64,000 bases of DNA from Phycisphaeraceae bacterium (GCA_040905565.1 JBBDRF010000012.1:32001-96000), one strand, 5' to 3'; positions 20,182 through 30,123 are shown, counted from the stretch's first letter. The notes: a model not told the origin generated them from the letters alone. Made by a program: numbers and translations.

Positions 20182-20517
20182 TCAGGTCGGGTCGAGCGGG
20201 TAGAACAGGGCGAGCCAGACAGTCGGTTCGCGGTCTGTCGTCCATGCCACCCGGTGCTTCTGGTGGGGAGGGATGTTCAGGTAGTCGCCGGGCCTCATGT
20301 GGATGGGCTGGTCGTCGCCCTGAATTTGCAGCTTCGCTTCGCCCCGCAGAAGGACGACCCACTCAGCCTCGGGCTGGTCGTACCAGAATCCGGGAAGGCT
20401 GGCCTGCCCGGTGGAAACGATGCGCTCGAGGCGCAGGTCGGGCTGCTGGACCAGGACCTCGGCGAGTTCCTCAGGCAGTGCGCGCGGCAGATTGTCGAAC
20501 AGGTTTTCTGCTGGCAT
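20182..20517 (-). CDS. Cupin domain protein
   Basis: RLERIVSTGQAS..GFWYDQ..EWVVLLRG, PGDYLNIPPHQKHRVAWT. Confidence 0.85.
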   Translation of the reverse strand: MPAENLFDNLPRALPEELAEVLVQQPDLRLERIVSTGQASLPGFWYDQPEAEWVVLLRGEAKLQIQGDDQPIHMRPGDYLNIPPHQKHRVAWTTDREPTVWLALFYPLDPT

Positions 20518-20541
20518 ATGGGAGCCCGGACGGGAGTTGGT

Positions 20542-22455
20542 CTACTGCTGAAAGGCGTCGGTGGGGTCGGGCAGGTCGGGGTGCTCGATCCGTGGACCGG
20601 CGCGTTCCAGTCGATCGGCGATCGTGGCGAGATCGAACGTGTCGGCCTGGGGCGCGTGGTTGTCTTCGAGCGTGATGTTCTCTTCAGGCGTGGCGTTGTA
20701 GCGGACAACGGGGGTCTGGTCATCAGGCAGAACGAGGATGTTGTCGCGGACGAGGTTTTCCGCTGCCTGGTGAAATCGGAGGGGAGAGCGACGGGTGTTG
20801 TAGATCACGTTGCGTTCAATCGTGATGGCCTTGGAACCTTCGTCGATGAACATGCCGTTGCTTTCGGCGCGGCCGAGGTTCACGGGGATGTCGTGGATCA
20901 CGTTCTCCCGGAAGACGGCATCGGGCTGCCAGCCGAGCGAGTAGATGCCGCCGCCGTCGGAGAGCACCTGCATGATGTCGTGGATGTGGTTGGCCTCGAT
21001 GAGCGTGCCGCGGCAGGGGGTAGGGGAGGGGTTCCACATCCAGCCGACGGAGATGCCGGTGTAGGGCAGATGGCGTAGGGTATTGTGGCGGATTTCGGTG
21101 TCGGCTGCGAGCCCGACCCACACGCCGACGGCACCGAAGTAGAGCACGCCGGTACGCTGGATGACATTGTCTTCGATGATGTTCGCGGTGGCGGCCTGCT
21201 CGGGCGCCTGCTGATACCAGGTTTGGCCGTTGATCTGACGGTTGCCGGTCTCGCCGATCATGATGCCGTTGCCCGCGACGTCGTCGATCACGTTGCCGAC
21301 GACGCGATTGTTCGAGCACCGGCTGCCGACCCAGATCGCCGATTGCCCAAGCCTGCGCACACTGCTGACTTCGATGGCGCAATGCTCGGCATGTTCGAAA
21401 CTGATGGCGGCAGGGACGAAGTGCCAGCCCGTGTCATCGCCCCGATCGTGCATGCTGGCCTGAACGCCGGCGTAACCGTCGGCCGGCGGTTGCCAGTTCG
21501 CGTGCTCAAATTGGAGGCCTCGAAAGATCAAGCCTTGCACGGGATCATCCGCTTCGCCGCGGACGTGCACCAGCCCGGTGGCGACGGGGGCAACGGCCTG
21601 GATGTTGTCGATCGTCTCGCCCTCTTTTGGGAGGTAAGTGAGCGTGCCGGTTTCAGGATCGAGATACCACTCGCCGGGTGCGGTAAGCAGTGCGGGGTGA
21701 TTCTCAAGATAGTACCGTGGGTGGGCCTCCCAGTTATCCATGTGGAAGAACCCAAGGGACGGCCCGACGGGTGCAGCGGTGTGCAGTCGGTTCTGCTCCC
21801 GGTCGATCATCTTCACCGGCGTCCGGCTGCTCGACCAATCATGAAAGAAAACAAGCTCGACCTGGCTCGCGGAAAGATCGCCCGCGAGTTGCTCGGGGAC
21901 ATCTTCGGGATGGAAGGTAAAGTTGGTGCGTCGATCCTCGCCCACCTGATTCACCTGCGCGAAGCCGGTGCTGGGGTAGCGGGCGCGATTGCGTCGTTCG
22001 CCGTTGACGAACAGTTCACGGAAGGTCCATTCCCCCGCAGCTGCGTCTGGCAACGTGGTTGTGAACGAGCCGTCGTCCTGGCGTTGCCAGCCGGTGATCG
22101 CGCGTCCGCCGCTGATGTGGACCTCCGCCCCGTCGGCGGCTTGCCAGGTGGCGGTATGGCCCTGCGCCGGCGTGTCGGCGGGGGTGAACTGAAGCGGCTC
22201 GGTGAGGCGATACGTCCCTTCGTGCAGGATGACGGCGACGCTGGTCTCCTGCTGCTCCGCGAGATGCTGGCGCACGCGTTTCTGTGCGGCCTGCAGGGTG
22301 CGCAGGGGGGCCTCCGGCGTGCCCGCCGCGGCATCGTCGCCCTGTGGTGCGACGTGCATCGTGAACTCGGCCTCCGCAGCGCCGGCGACCACCGGCAGAC
22401 TGGCGAGCGTGCATAAGACGATACAAATCAGCGTACGCATCGACGCAATGTTCAC
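20542..22455 (-). CDS. Secreted right-handed parallel beta-helix protein (GH141-like fold)
   Basis: Signal peptide, VAPQGDDAAAGTPEAPLRTL, LTAPGEWYLD, LPYTGISVGW, LSDGGGIYSLG, many N-x-I beta-helix turns. Confidence 0.78.
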   Translation of the reverse strand: MNIASMRTLICIVLCTLASLPVVAGAAEAEFTMHVAPQGDDAAAGTPEAPLRTLQAAQKRVRQHLAEQQETSVAVILHEGTYRLTEPLQFTPADTPAQGHTATWQAADGAEVHISGGRAITGWQRQDDGSFTTTLPDAAAGEWTFRELFVNGERRNRARYPSTGFAQVNQVGEDRRTNFTFHPEDVPEQLAGDLSASQVELVFFHDWSSSRTPVKMIDREQNRLHTAAPVGPSLGFFHMDNWEAHPRYYLENHPALLTAPGEWYLDPETGTLTYLPKEGETIDNIQAVAPVATGLVHVRGEADDPVQGLIFRGLQFEHANWQPPADGYAGVQASMHDRGDDTGWHFVPAAISFEHAEHCAIEVSSVRRLGQSAIWVGSRCSNNRVVGNVIDDVAGNGIMIGETGNRQINGQTWYQQAPEQAATANIIEDNVIQRTGVLYFGAVGVWVGLAADTEIRHNTLRHLPYTGISVGWMWNPSPTPCRGTLIEANHIHDIMQVLSDGGGIYSLGWQPDAVFRENVIHDIPVNLGRAESNGMFIDEGSKAITIERNVIYNTRRSPLRFHQAAENLVRDNILVLPDDQTPVVRYNATPEENITLEDNHAPQADTFDLATIADRLERAGPRIEHPDLPDPTDAFQQ

Positions 22456-22643
22456 GTGTAAAACTCCTGAGACAGAAACAAGTTTCGCCTATCGCCAGCG
22501 GCGACGGTGTCGGTTTATCTTACCACGCTTCGCTGAAATCCCGGAAGATGATGCCGCAGGTCGCTGGCTGGAAGCGACGAGGGAATTCAGCGTGTACCAT
22601 CTTCTGAACGAGCAGGGGGCTCGGAGCGCAGGAGCGAAGCTTG

Positions 22644-23810
22644 ATGCGGGGACAGCACGACACACCCGAGGCAATGGCGGACGCGGCGGACGACTTCGCA
22701 GCGCCGCCGATCGACCCCACGCCGGAACTGAATCGAAAGCAACCCGCACGGCGGATGGCCGGGCTGGATGCGGCACGGGCGATGGCGATCATCGGCATGG
22801 TGATGGTGCACTTCGGCCCGAGCAGTCCGCCGGCTGATAGCTGGCTCAACTGGGCGTACGGTTTGCCGCATGGTCGGGCGTCGCTGCTGTTCGTGCTGCT
22901 GGCGGGCATCGGCCTGACGCTTCTGGCGGGTGACGGTCGTCGTGAACGATGGCGGCTACGCCTGACGTCGCGCGTCTTGATTCTGCTGCCTCTGGGGTTG
23001 TGGCTGCAGCTTATGGATGCCGGGCCGCTCGTTATTCTGCATTATTACGCGATGTTCTTCGTGCTGGCGGTGCCTTTTCTGTTCCTGCGCGATCGTTTCT
23101 TGCTGGTCGCGGCTGCGGTTCTGGCGGTGGCGGGGCCGGTGACGTACCTGCTGATCGGCCGCATCGAACCGACGTGGCTGCTGCGCTTCGATCCCGTGTC
23201 GCTCGGCGATCCGCCCGCACTGATCGCGCGGGAACTGCTGGCGACCGGGTCGTATCCCGCGATGGTGTGGATGGTGCCGTTCCTGTTCGGCATGTGGCTC
23301 GGCCGAAGGCGGCTGCGCGCGACATCAACACGCATCACGCTGCTGATCGGCGGGGCGGCGGGCGTCGCGGTAACGGTGATCGGCGAGCGCTATCTGCCGG
23401 GTAGTCGCGGATGGTGGCAACTGGCGAGCACCGAACCGCACAGCCAGATGGTCTTATGGCTGCTTGGCGGGACGGCCTCGGCGACGGCGATGGTGGGGCT
23501 GTTTCTGCTGATGAGCGATCTGCTGGGCCGCGTCATGTGGCCGTTGGTGGCGATGGGGCAGCTCGCGCTGACGCTATACGTCGGCCATCTGCTCCTGCTC
23601 GCTGCCTCACCGTCGACCTTCAAAACCCATCAGGCGGGCGAGGCGCTGGTGATCGTCGCCGGTTTCGCCCTCAGCGCCGCAGCGTTCGCGACCTTGTGGC
23701 GCGCCTGGTTCTCCCGAGGGCCGCTTGAATGGCTGCTTTACGTCGCCGGCGGCGGATCGTGGAGGGGCGTCTCAGGCGGCGCATGCTGGGACAGATCGCA
23801 CCAGAGGTAG
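22644..23810 (+). CDS. DUF418 / HGSNAT-like membrane protein
   Basis: RMAGLDAARAMAIIGMVMVH, GRASLLFVLLAG, GQLALTLYVGH, RGPLEWLL. Confidence 0.75.
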   Translation: MRGQHDTPEAMADAADDFAAPPIDPTPELNRKQPARRMAGLDAARAMAIIGMVMVHFGPSSPPADSWLNWAYGLPHGRASLLFVLLAGIGLTLLAGDGRRERWRLRLTSRVLILLPLGLWLQLMDAGPLVILHYYAMFFVLAVPFLFLRDRFLLVAAAVLAVAGPVTYLLIGRIEPTWLLRFDPVSLGDPPALIARELLATGSYPAMVWMVPFLFGMWLGRRRLRATSTRITLLIGGAAGVAVTVIGERYLPGSRGWWQLASTEPHSQMVLWLLGGTASATAMVGLFLLMSDLLGRVMWPLVAMGQLALTLYVGHLLLLAASPSTFKTHQAGEALVIVAGFALSAAAFATLWRAWFSRGPLEWLLYVAGGGSWRGVSGGACWDRSHQR

Positions 23811-24409
23811 GCACGCTGCTCCTGCATCGCTTGATCGTAATAATGATCGCGCACCACGAACCCGTTTCGCTGGGCGACCTTCCATGAAGCCACGTTCGAA
23901 AGCGTGATGCGGGACGACATCCCTTGGAGTCCGCTCTGCTGAAAGTGCTCCAGGGCCCGGCGGCGCAGTGCGGTGCCGATGCCGCAGCCTCGAAAATCCG
24001 GCGAAACCATCGAATAGCCCGCGTGCACGCTTCGCTCGATCCGGTCACGTTCATTGAAGTAGTAGATGCCCATCGCCACGACGCGGCCGCTCTTCGGATC
24101 CACCGCGGTAAGGCAGAGCCTTCGGCCGAGCATCTTCAGCAGCAGCCGTAGCGTGCGATTCAGTTTCTCGCCCTCAGTCATATCGCGATAGAGCAACTCA
24201 ATCTCGCCCAGATGCGACGGCTGCATCGGCCCCACCTGAAGGCCGCAGAGCTCGGTCGCGGTGAACGGGCTGAGTGAGCGCGAACACCAGACGTTGCGGA
24301 CCGTGAAGACGATCGGCCAAAGCGTTCTTGATGCGAGCAGACGGCGAGGAGTGCGGACGAGTCGGCGTGCCACTCTTCGCGGGAACGAACCGGTCGACGG
24401 GGTACTCAT
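23738..24409 (-). CDS. GNAT-family N-acetyltransferase
   Basis: VSPDFRGCGIGTAL acetyl-CoA motif and NVASWKVAQRNGF. Confidence 0.65.
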   Translation of the reverse strand: MSTPSTGSFPRRVARRLVRTPRRLLASRTLWPIVFTVRNVWCSRSLSPFTATELCGLQVGPMQPSHLGEIELLYRDMTEGEKLNRTLRLLLKMLGRRLCLTAVDPKSGRVVAMGIYYFNERDRIERSVHAGYSMVSPDFRGCGIGTALRRRALEHFQQSGLQGMSSRITLSNVASWKVAQRNGFVVRDHYYDQAMQEQRAYLWCDLSQHAPPETPLHDPPPAT

Positions 24410-24704
24410 GTGCTTCCCCCGTGCCGGCACACGGGCCGCGCTCGCGCTGATCCGATGCGCCGCAGCGCCGGGAACCGATTTACCAGATTCGCACGCCTAC
24501 CAGAACTCACTCGATCCCCCTGCTATCTTAAAACAAGTGCTGCGAGCGGGGGCGCTGGGGCACACCCACTCATCTGCACTTGCCGTGCTTTTTGCTCCGC
24601 CCTCTCAGACATGCAATCATTACCTCGTCGAGTCGGCACGGGGATGGGGCGAAAGTCGTGTTCTTGGTCCGGGCTGGTTCCCGGCTGGCCGACGAGCCCC
24701 GACA

Positions 24705-26306
24705 TCAGCGTGCGTACTCGACCGCCCGAATCTCTCGCAGGACCGTCACGCGGACCTCGCCGGGGTAGGTCATCTCCTGCTCCACACGGTTGGCGATATC
24801 GCGCGCCAGTTTGTGGGAGATCGAATCGTCGATCCGCTCGGCGTCGACGATCACACGCACTTCGCGACCGGCCTGGATGGCGTAGGCCTCGCGCACTCCT
24901 TCGAAGTTCGTGGCGATGTCTTCAAGTTGCTCCAGGCGTTTGATGTAACGTTCGAGCGTCTCCCGCCTCGCGCCGGGACGTGCGCCGCTGATGGCGTCGG
25001 CGGCCATGACGATCGGGGTGTAGATCGTGGTCGCCTCGATGTCGCCGTGGTGCCCGCCGATGGCGTTGAGGACCGCTTCCTTCTCGCCGTACTTGCGGGC
25101 GACTTCCATGCCGATCGCCGGGTGTCCGCCTTCGAGTTCGTGGTCGAGCGCCTTGCCGATGTCGTGCAGGAACCCGCAACGCCGTGCGATGGTGCCGTCG
25201 GCGCCCAGCTCGTCGGCGATCACCTGGCAAAGGTAGGCGACCTCCAGCGAGTGACGCAGAATGTTCTGCCCATAGCTGGTGCGGTAGTAAAGCCGGCCCA
25301 TCAGCTCCGAAAGCTTCGGGTGCAGCCCTTGAATGTTGCCCTCGATGCATGCTTCCTTGCCGAAGCGGGTGATCCGCTCGTCCATCTCTTTCTGGACCTT
25401 CTCAACGATCTCCTCGATCCGCGTGGGATGGATGCGACCGTCTTCAATGAGCCTCTGCAACGACTCCGCAGCAATGGCCCGGCGGACGGGATCAAAACAC
25501 GAAACCACCACCACGCCCGGCGTGTCGTCGACGATCACATCAACGCCCGTCGCCTTCTCAAACGCACGGATGTTACGCCCTTCACGCCCGATCACCCGGC
25601 CTTTCATGTCATCTGACGGGATGTCGACAGCAGAGACCGTCGAAGCGGAAGTGTGCTCCGCCGCGTAACGCTGAATCGCCTGCAGCGTGATCTTCAGCGC
25701 CCGCTCCTTCGCTTCCTCTTCCGCCTTGGCCATCTCACGCTGCACCAGCTTGCCGGCCTCGTGCGCGACCTCCTGCTCGATGCGGGCGAGCACCTGCTTA
25801 CGGGCTTCGTCCTCGGAGAGATTCGACATCGCCAGCAAACGCTGACGCTGCTCGGCAAGCACTTCGTCAAGTTCGCCTTCACGGCTGGTGAGCGTCGTCT
25901 GCCGCTTCTTCAGGTCGCCTTCAAGCTTGTCGAGCGTGCGCTCTTTCGTCGCCAGCACATCAAGCTTGCGATCGAGATTGTCTTCCCGCTTGGTGACGCG
26001 GCGTTCGTTTTCCTTCAACTCATTGCGAGCCGTGTTGATTTCCTTGTCGAAAGCTTCGCGGCGTTTGGCCAGTTCGTTGCGGAAATCCAGTTCCAATTGT
26101 TTCTGGAGCGTGCGGGCTTCGTTGCGAGCGGTTTCAAGGATTCGGTCGGCTTCCTCGCGGGAAGAAGCGAGCGTCTTGCCGCCGATCGATTTGACGATCG
26201 CCAGCGTGGCGCCGACGGCGGCGAGGACCGCCAGTAGAAGACTGAGGATGAAAATTCCGACGTTGATTTCCGCCAGCGTCGGCAGAACTACGGAAGAGTG
26301 GGACAT
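24705..26306 (-). CDS. rny: Ribonuclease Y
   Basis: N-terminal TM helix, coiled coil, KH domain ([17 protein letters not shown]), HD domain (FLHDIGKA), [12 protein letters not shown]. Confidence 0.96.
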   Translation of the reverse strand: MSHSSVVLPTLAEINVGIFILSLLLAVLAAVGATLAIVKSIGGKTLASSREEADRILETARNEARTLQKQLELDFRNELAKRREAFDKEINTARNELKENERRVTKREDNLDRKLDVLATKERTLDKLEGDLKKRQTTLTSREGELDEVLAEQRQRLLAMSNLSEDEARKQVLARIEQEVAHEAGKLVQREMAKAEEEAKERALKITLQAIQRYAAEHTSASTVSAVDIPSDDMKGRVIGREGRNIRAFEKATGVDVIVDDTPGVVVVSCFDPVRRAIAAESLQRLIEDGRIHPTRIEEIVEKVQKEMDERITRFGKEACIEGNIQGLHPKLSELMGRLYYRTSYGQNILRHSLEVAYLCQVIADELGADGTIARRCGFLHDIGKALDHELEGGHPAIGMEVARKYGEKEAVLNAIGGHHGDIEATTIYTPIVMAADAISGARPGARRETLERYIKRLEQLEDIATNFEGVREAYAIQAGREVRVIVDAERIDDSISHKLARDIANRVEQEMTYPGEVRVTVLREIRAVEYAR

Positions 26307-26380
26307 AAAGCACCCCTTTTATGTAACCGGCCAGGGGGGGAACCCGGGTCGGGCGAAGGGGCGCGTGGGACGTTCGACAG

Positions 26381-26565
26381 CCTGACGATGGCTCTCAGCG
26401 TCGCATTGAACCGTTACGCATACAACGAACAAATTGCGTGGACACACCGTGACTGCAACAACTGAAATGAGCCCGACCGATTAGTCGGTCGACGCTGCCG
26501 CTGCTGAGGCGAAGGGGCGCATGTCCACTTGCAAACAATGATTTAATAGAACCGATGATGTCAGG
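26381..26565. ncRNA. Candidate 6S RNA (185-nt rod-shaped RNA upstream of rny)
   Basis: Termini pair (CCTGAC/GTCAGG); nested imperfect stems GGCTCT/AGAACC, ATTGAACCGTT/AATGATTTAAT, GTGGACACAC/GCATGTCCAC; internal hairpin CGACCGA-TTAG-TCGGTCG; TTGAACC/GGTTCAA element and size typical of 6S. Strand ambiguous; minus is slightly favoured by G-U pairs and co-orientation with rny. Confidence 0.55.
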
Positions 26566-26736
26566 TTTGCTTTTCAATCTATTCGTCCCGTGCAGGACGC
26601 CCCTGGAGACCCGGGGCTGTAACGGTTCGCGGCGAGCGTTGCACGGCAGCCCGCACGCGCCGGTTAGGTCAAATCAGGCATGTCCGCGCCGCACGAACGG
26701 CGGCATCAACACGGGCATGCTTTATCCGAGACTACA

Positions 26737-26766
26737 AGTATACCTGACCCGGTGGAAAAAGTTCAA
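26737..26766 (-). promoter_or_regulatory. Sigma70-like promoter for the ncRNA/rny unit
   Basis: Minus strand TTGAAC (26766-26761), 18-nt spacer, TATACT (26742-26737). Confidence 0.55.
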
Positions 26767-26918
26767 ATCCGCCCCTCCCCAGACGCGTCCGCAGCGGGGA
26801 GTCAGAGGCGAGACGGCCGGGTTGGGGAGGCGACAAGTCGATGGTGGACGTTTGGACACGTCGGAAAAGCCCGGCCGCGTCGCTTCCGCTCTCTGGCCCC
26901 GTGCAGCGTTGGCTTGCT

Positions 26919-27458
26919 TTACCTGCGGCGGAGGCGCTGTTTAACACGGTCACGCATGCGACCCGGGGCCGCTGACTGCCGTGCCTGGAACTCGGGCGAT
27001 CCGTTGATTCGAGCCAACTGCTCCGCCGTCAGCACCTGCTTCAGCAGGTCCGTTTCGGAGGGGATCGGCTTCTTCAGGTGTTCACCCAGCTCAACCGCAA
27101 GCGACTGCGCCTTGGCCTCATCGCCTGCTTTAAGGGCCTCGACTGCACGCCGACGCATCGCCGTCGCCTTCTCAGCCCGGGCGGCGAATGCGGCATACCG
27201 CTCACGTATCAACTGCTGAAGCTGCTTACGCTGCCCCACGCTGATATCCATTCGCCTGAGACGCACCTCCAGAGGCAAAGTGCGCCCCGCCCCCACGCGC
27301 CCCCGATGGCCGACCGAGAGGCGCGGCGAGGCCGTTGCGGCGGGACGAACAGGCTCATCTTTGGCTGGGTCGGCATCAGCCCGCTCAGACCGGTCCGCGA
27401 AGGCGGGCAGGGTGAAACAGGCGATGATTGAGGCGGTGAGCCATAAGCGCACGGGCAT
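26919..27458 (-). CDS. Secreted Spy/CpxP-like (LTxxQ) helical protein
   Basis: Signal peptide MPVRLWLTASIIACFTLPAFA, helical basic body, ISVGQRKQLQQLI and KQVLTAEQ (LTxxQ). Confidence 0.5.
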   Translation of the reverse strand: MPVRLWLTASIIACFTLPAFADRSERADADPAKDEPVRPAATASPRLSVGHRGRVGAGRTLPLEVRLRRMDISVGQRKQLQQLIRERYAAFAARAEKATAMRRRAVEALKAGDEAKAQSLAVELGEHLKKPIPSETDLLKQVLTAEQLARINGSPEFQARQSAAPGRMRDRVKQRLRRR

Positions 27459-27501
27459 AGCGGGTTCCCTTCTCAGCACCAGCGAAGACTGAAAGCAGCG
27501 C

Positions 27502-28023
27502 TCAGGCGGGGTCCTGCTCTTTGGGCTCGTGCTTGTCGACGACTTTCTGAGTGCGTTCGATCCAGCCTTCGAGATCCAAGCCGCCATGGCCGACGAACCG
27601 CTCAAGCTCTTTGCCCTCAGCGTCGATCACCATCGCCGTGGGGTAGCCGCGGATTTTGTAGGCCTGGGCGAGCTGACGGTTCTGCTGCTTCATCTTGTCG
27701 CTTTGCGGCTTCTGGCGCGGGTAATCCAACTCGAGCAGAATCACGTTCTCGTCGGCCCATGCCTTGAACGCGTCTTTGCTGTAGACGTGGTTTTTAAGGG
27801 CCTTGCAGGGCGGGCACCAGTCCGAGCCGGTGAAGTTCACGAGGATCGGCTTGCCCGTTTCTTTCGACTGCGCGAGTGCGTCTTTGTACCAGACGAGCCA
27901 GCCGTTGTTGCGCTCCAGGCTCTCATCCTGCTCCTCGGCAGGAACGGGGAACGCGAAGAGTGCGGTGAGCGCCAGCACGGCCACAGCTATCGCCGAAGAC
28001 GAGAAAGTTCCGAAACGTTTCAT
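27502..28023 (-). CDS. Exported thioredoxin-family protein
   Basis: Signal peptide, FTGSDWCPPC active site, cis-Pro loop RGYPT. Confidence 0.88.
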   Translation of the reverse strand: MKRFGTFSSSAIAVAVLALTALFAFPVPAEEQDESLERNNGWLVWYKDALAQSKETGKPILVNFTGSDWCPPCKALKNHVYSKDAFKAWADENVILLELDYPRQKPQSDKMKQQNRQLAQAYKIRGYPTAMVIDAEGKELERFVGHGGLDLEGWIERTQKVVDKHEPKEQDPA

Positions 28024-28308
28024 GATTGAGCTACCTTAAAAGGGGGTCCGAGGATTTGTGAGTATAGTGCGCCACCTCGCGGGGCGACGCAACGCGAATG
28101 ATAAAATCTGATTTCAGATTGACACTTGGCGCACAGTTGGGCATGGTATCCTTAACAAGCATCGACGACTTTGTGGCAACGTCTCGAGGAGCGAGGTTGC
28201 GACCAACCGTTGATGGTCAGTAAGATGGTGAGGTTCCAGGACGCGTAGCTGTTGGTTTTGTACGGACGCGGAAAACGGGTCATCCGCACCTTCGACGATG
28301 GAGTAGTC

Positions 28309-30123
28309 ATGGCGCGAAGTCGCAAGAAGCTCGGAGAATACCTGCTGCGGTGGGGCGTGGTCACCGAAGAGCAAATGAAGGAAGCGTTGAAGGTGCACAA
28401 GGGCACCGGCAAACGCATCGGCGAAGTGCTCGTCGAACTCGGCCATGCCAGCGAGGACGACGTGGCCAAGGCGCTGGCAACGCAGTTCGATCTGGAATAC
28501 ATCGATCTCGACGAGCAGCAGACGTTGCGGCAGAGCGTCGACCTCATGCCCCGCGACCTGATCAAGAAGTACCTCGTGCTTCCGGTCGACAAGGTCAACG
28601 GTCGGCTCAAGGTCGTCGTTCACGATCCGATGGACCTGGAGCTGATGGACGTGCTGCGGTTTCGGATGAACACCGAAATCGATATCGCCCTCTCCTCGCG
28701 TGCCAAGATCAAGGAATACATCGACACGCTGCTGAGCGAAACGCAGGCTTCGATCGACGAAGCGGTGCGGCAGCTGACCATCGACCGCGGCATGAGTATG
28801 GACCGTGGGATGAGCATGGACCGCGGCATGAGTATGGACCGCGGGATGAGCATGGACCGCGGTGCCAGCATGGACCGCGGCATGAGCATCGACCAGGAGG
28901 CCGGTGCCGAAGAAGAAGAAAGCCAGGCTCCCGTTGTCCGCCTCGTGCAAAAGATCATTCACGAAGCCGTGGTGCAGCGGGCGTCGGATATTCACGTCGA
29001 GCCGATGGTCGACCGTGTCCGCCTGCGCTACCGCGTGGACGGCGTCTGTCATCAGCGTGATAACATCCCTAAGCGCACGCAAGGTGCGATGATCACGCGT
29101 TTGAAGATCATGGCGGGGATGAAGATCGACGAACGCCGCGTCCCGCAGGACGGCCGCATCAAGTTGCGCGTCGAAGGCCAACAGATCGATTTCCGTGTCT
29201 CCGCATGCCCGGCCTACCATGGCGAATCCATCGTGCTGCGTATTCTTCGCCCCGACTCGGTCCGCATCGGCCTGAGGCAGTTGGGCTTCGAAGCCGACAC
29301 GCTGGAGGTCTTCCACAAGGCAATTCGTCGGCCCAACGGCATCTTCCTCGTCACCGGCCCCACCGGTTCGGGCAAGACGACGACGCTCTACTCGGCACTC
29401 GACGAACTGAACCGCCCGGACCGCAAGATCATCACCGCGGAAGACCCCGTCGAATACAACTTCAACGGCATCAACCAGTGCCAGATCCGCGAATCGATCG
29501 GCCTCGGCTTCCCCAACGTCCTCCGGGCCATGCTCAGGCAGGCGCCGAACATCATCCTTGTCGGCGAAATTCGTGATAAGGAAGTGGCCGACGTGGCGAT
29601 CCAGGCCGCCCTCACGGGCCACCTCGTGTTCTCCACGCTCCATACCAACGACGCGCCCGGCGCTATCACGCGACTGATCGACATGGGCGTTAAGCCGTTC
29701 CTCGTGGCCAGTTCCATCCAGGCGGTCATGGCCCAGCGGCTCATCCGCATCCTCTGCGACGAATGCAAGGTGCCCGATGAGAAGCCGAACCGTTTCGAGA
29801 TGAAGCTCATCGGGCTCACCGACCAGGACGCCAAGGACCACACGTTCTACAAAGCCGGCGGCTGCCCTGCGTGCTCGAACACCGGGTACCGTGGCCGAAA
29901 AGGCATCTACGAATACATGCCGATGAACAGCGAACTACGCGAGCTGGCGTTCAAGCGAGCTCCCGCCACGCAGCTGAGGCAGGCGGCGGTAGCATCAGGC
30001 ATGCGAACGCTCGCCGGCGACGGGCGGCTCAAGGTGATGCACGGCATGACCAGCGTGGCCGAAATCTCCCGCGTCGCCCAGGTAGAAGGAATGGTCGAGA
30101 CCGAAGAAGAAGAAGGACTCTGA
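28309..30123 (+). CDS. pilB: Type IV pilus/T2SS extension ATPase (PilB/GspE family), copy 1
   Basis: Tandem MshEN-like N-terminus, ASDIHVEP, Walker A GPTGSGKTT, TAEDPVEY, LVGEIRD, TLHTNDA, Zn-binding CDEC...CPAC. GGAG RBS before ATG 28309. Confidence 0.9.
   Translation: MARSRKKLGEYLLRWGVVTEEQMKEALKVHKGTGKRIGEVLVELGHASEDDVAKALATQFDLEYIDLDEQQTLRQSVDLMPRDLIKKYLVLPVDKVNGRLKVVVHDPMDLELMDVLRFRMNTEIDIALSSRAKIKEYIDTLLSETQASIDEAVRQLTIDRGMSMDRGMSMDRGMSMDRGMSMDRGASMDRGMSIDQEAGAEEEESQAPVVRLVQKIIHEAVVQRASDIHVEPMVDRVRLRYRVDGVCHQRDNIPKRTQGAMITRLKIMAGMKIDERRVPQDGRIKLRVEGQQIDFRVSACPAYHGESIVLRILRPDSVRIGLRQLGFEADTLEVFHKAIRRPNGIFLVTGPTGSGKTTTLYSALDELNRPDRKIITAEDPVEYNFNGINQCQIRESIGLGFPNVLRAMLRQAPNIILVGEIRDKEVADVAIQAALTGHLVFSTLHTNDAPGAITRLIDMGVKPFLVASSIQAVMAQRLIRILCDECKVPDEKPNRFEMKLIGLTDQDAKDHTFYKAGGCPACSNTGYRGRKGIYEYMPMNSELRELAFKRAPATQLRQAAVASGMRTLAGDGRLKVMHGMTSVAEISRVAQVEGMVETEEEEGL
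28783..28890 (+). repeat. 6 x 18-bp coding tandem repeat (DRGMSM hexapeptide) inside pilB-1
   Basis: Units GACCGCGGCATGAGTATG, GACCGTGGGATGAGCATG, GACCGCGGCATGAGTATG, GACCGCGGGATGAGCATG, GACCGCGGTGCCAGCATG, GACCGCGGCATGAGCATC. Confidence 0.97.

Noticed and set aside
28119..28152. TTGACA paired with TATCCT as a canonical promoter, or TGGCGC as a sigma54 site
   Set aside because: The spacer is 22 nt, and the -12 TTGC element is missing at the required distance.
28783..28890. Tandem repeat considered as a CRISPR array
   Set aside because: No spacers, 18-bp in-frame coding units, and no cas genes in the window.
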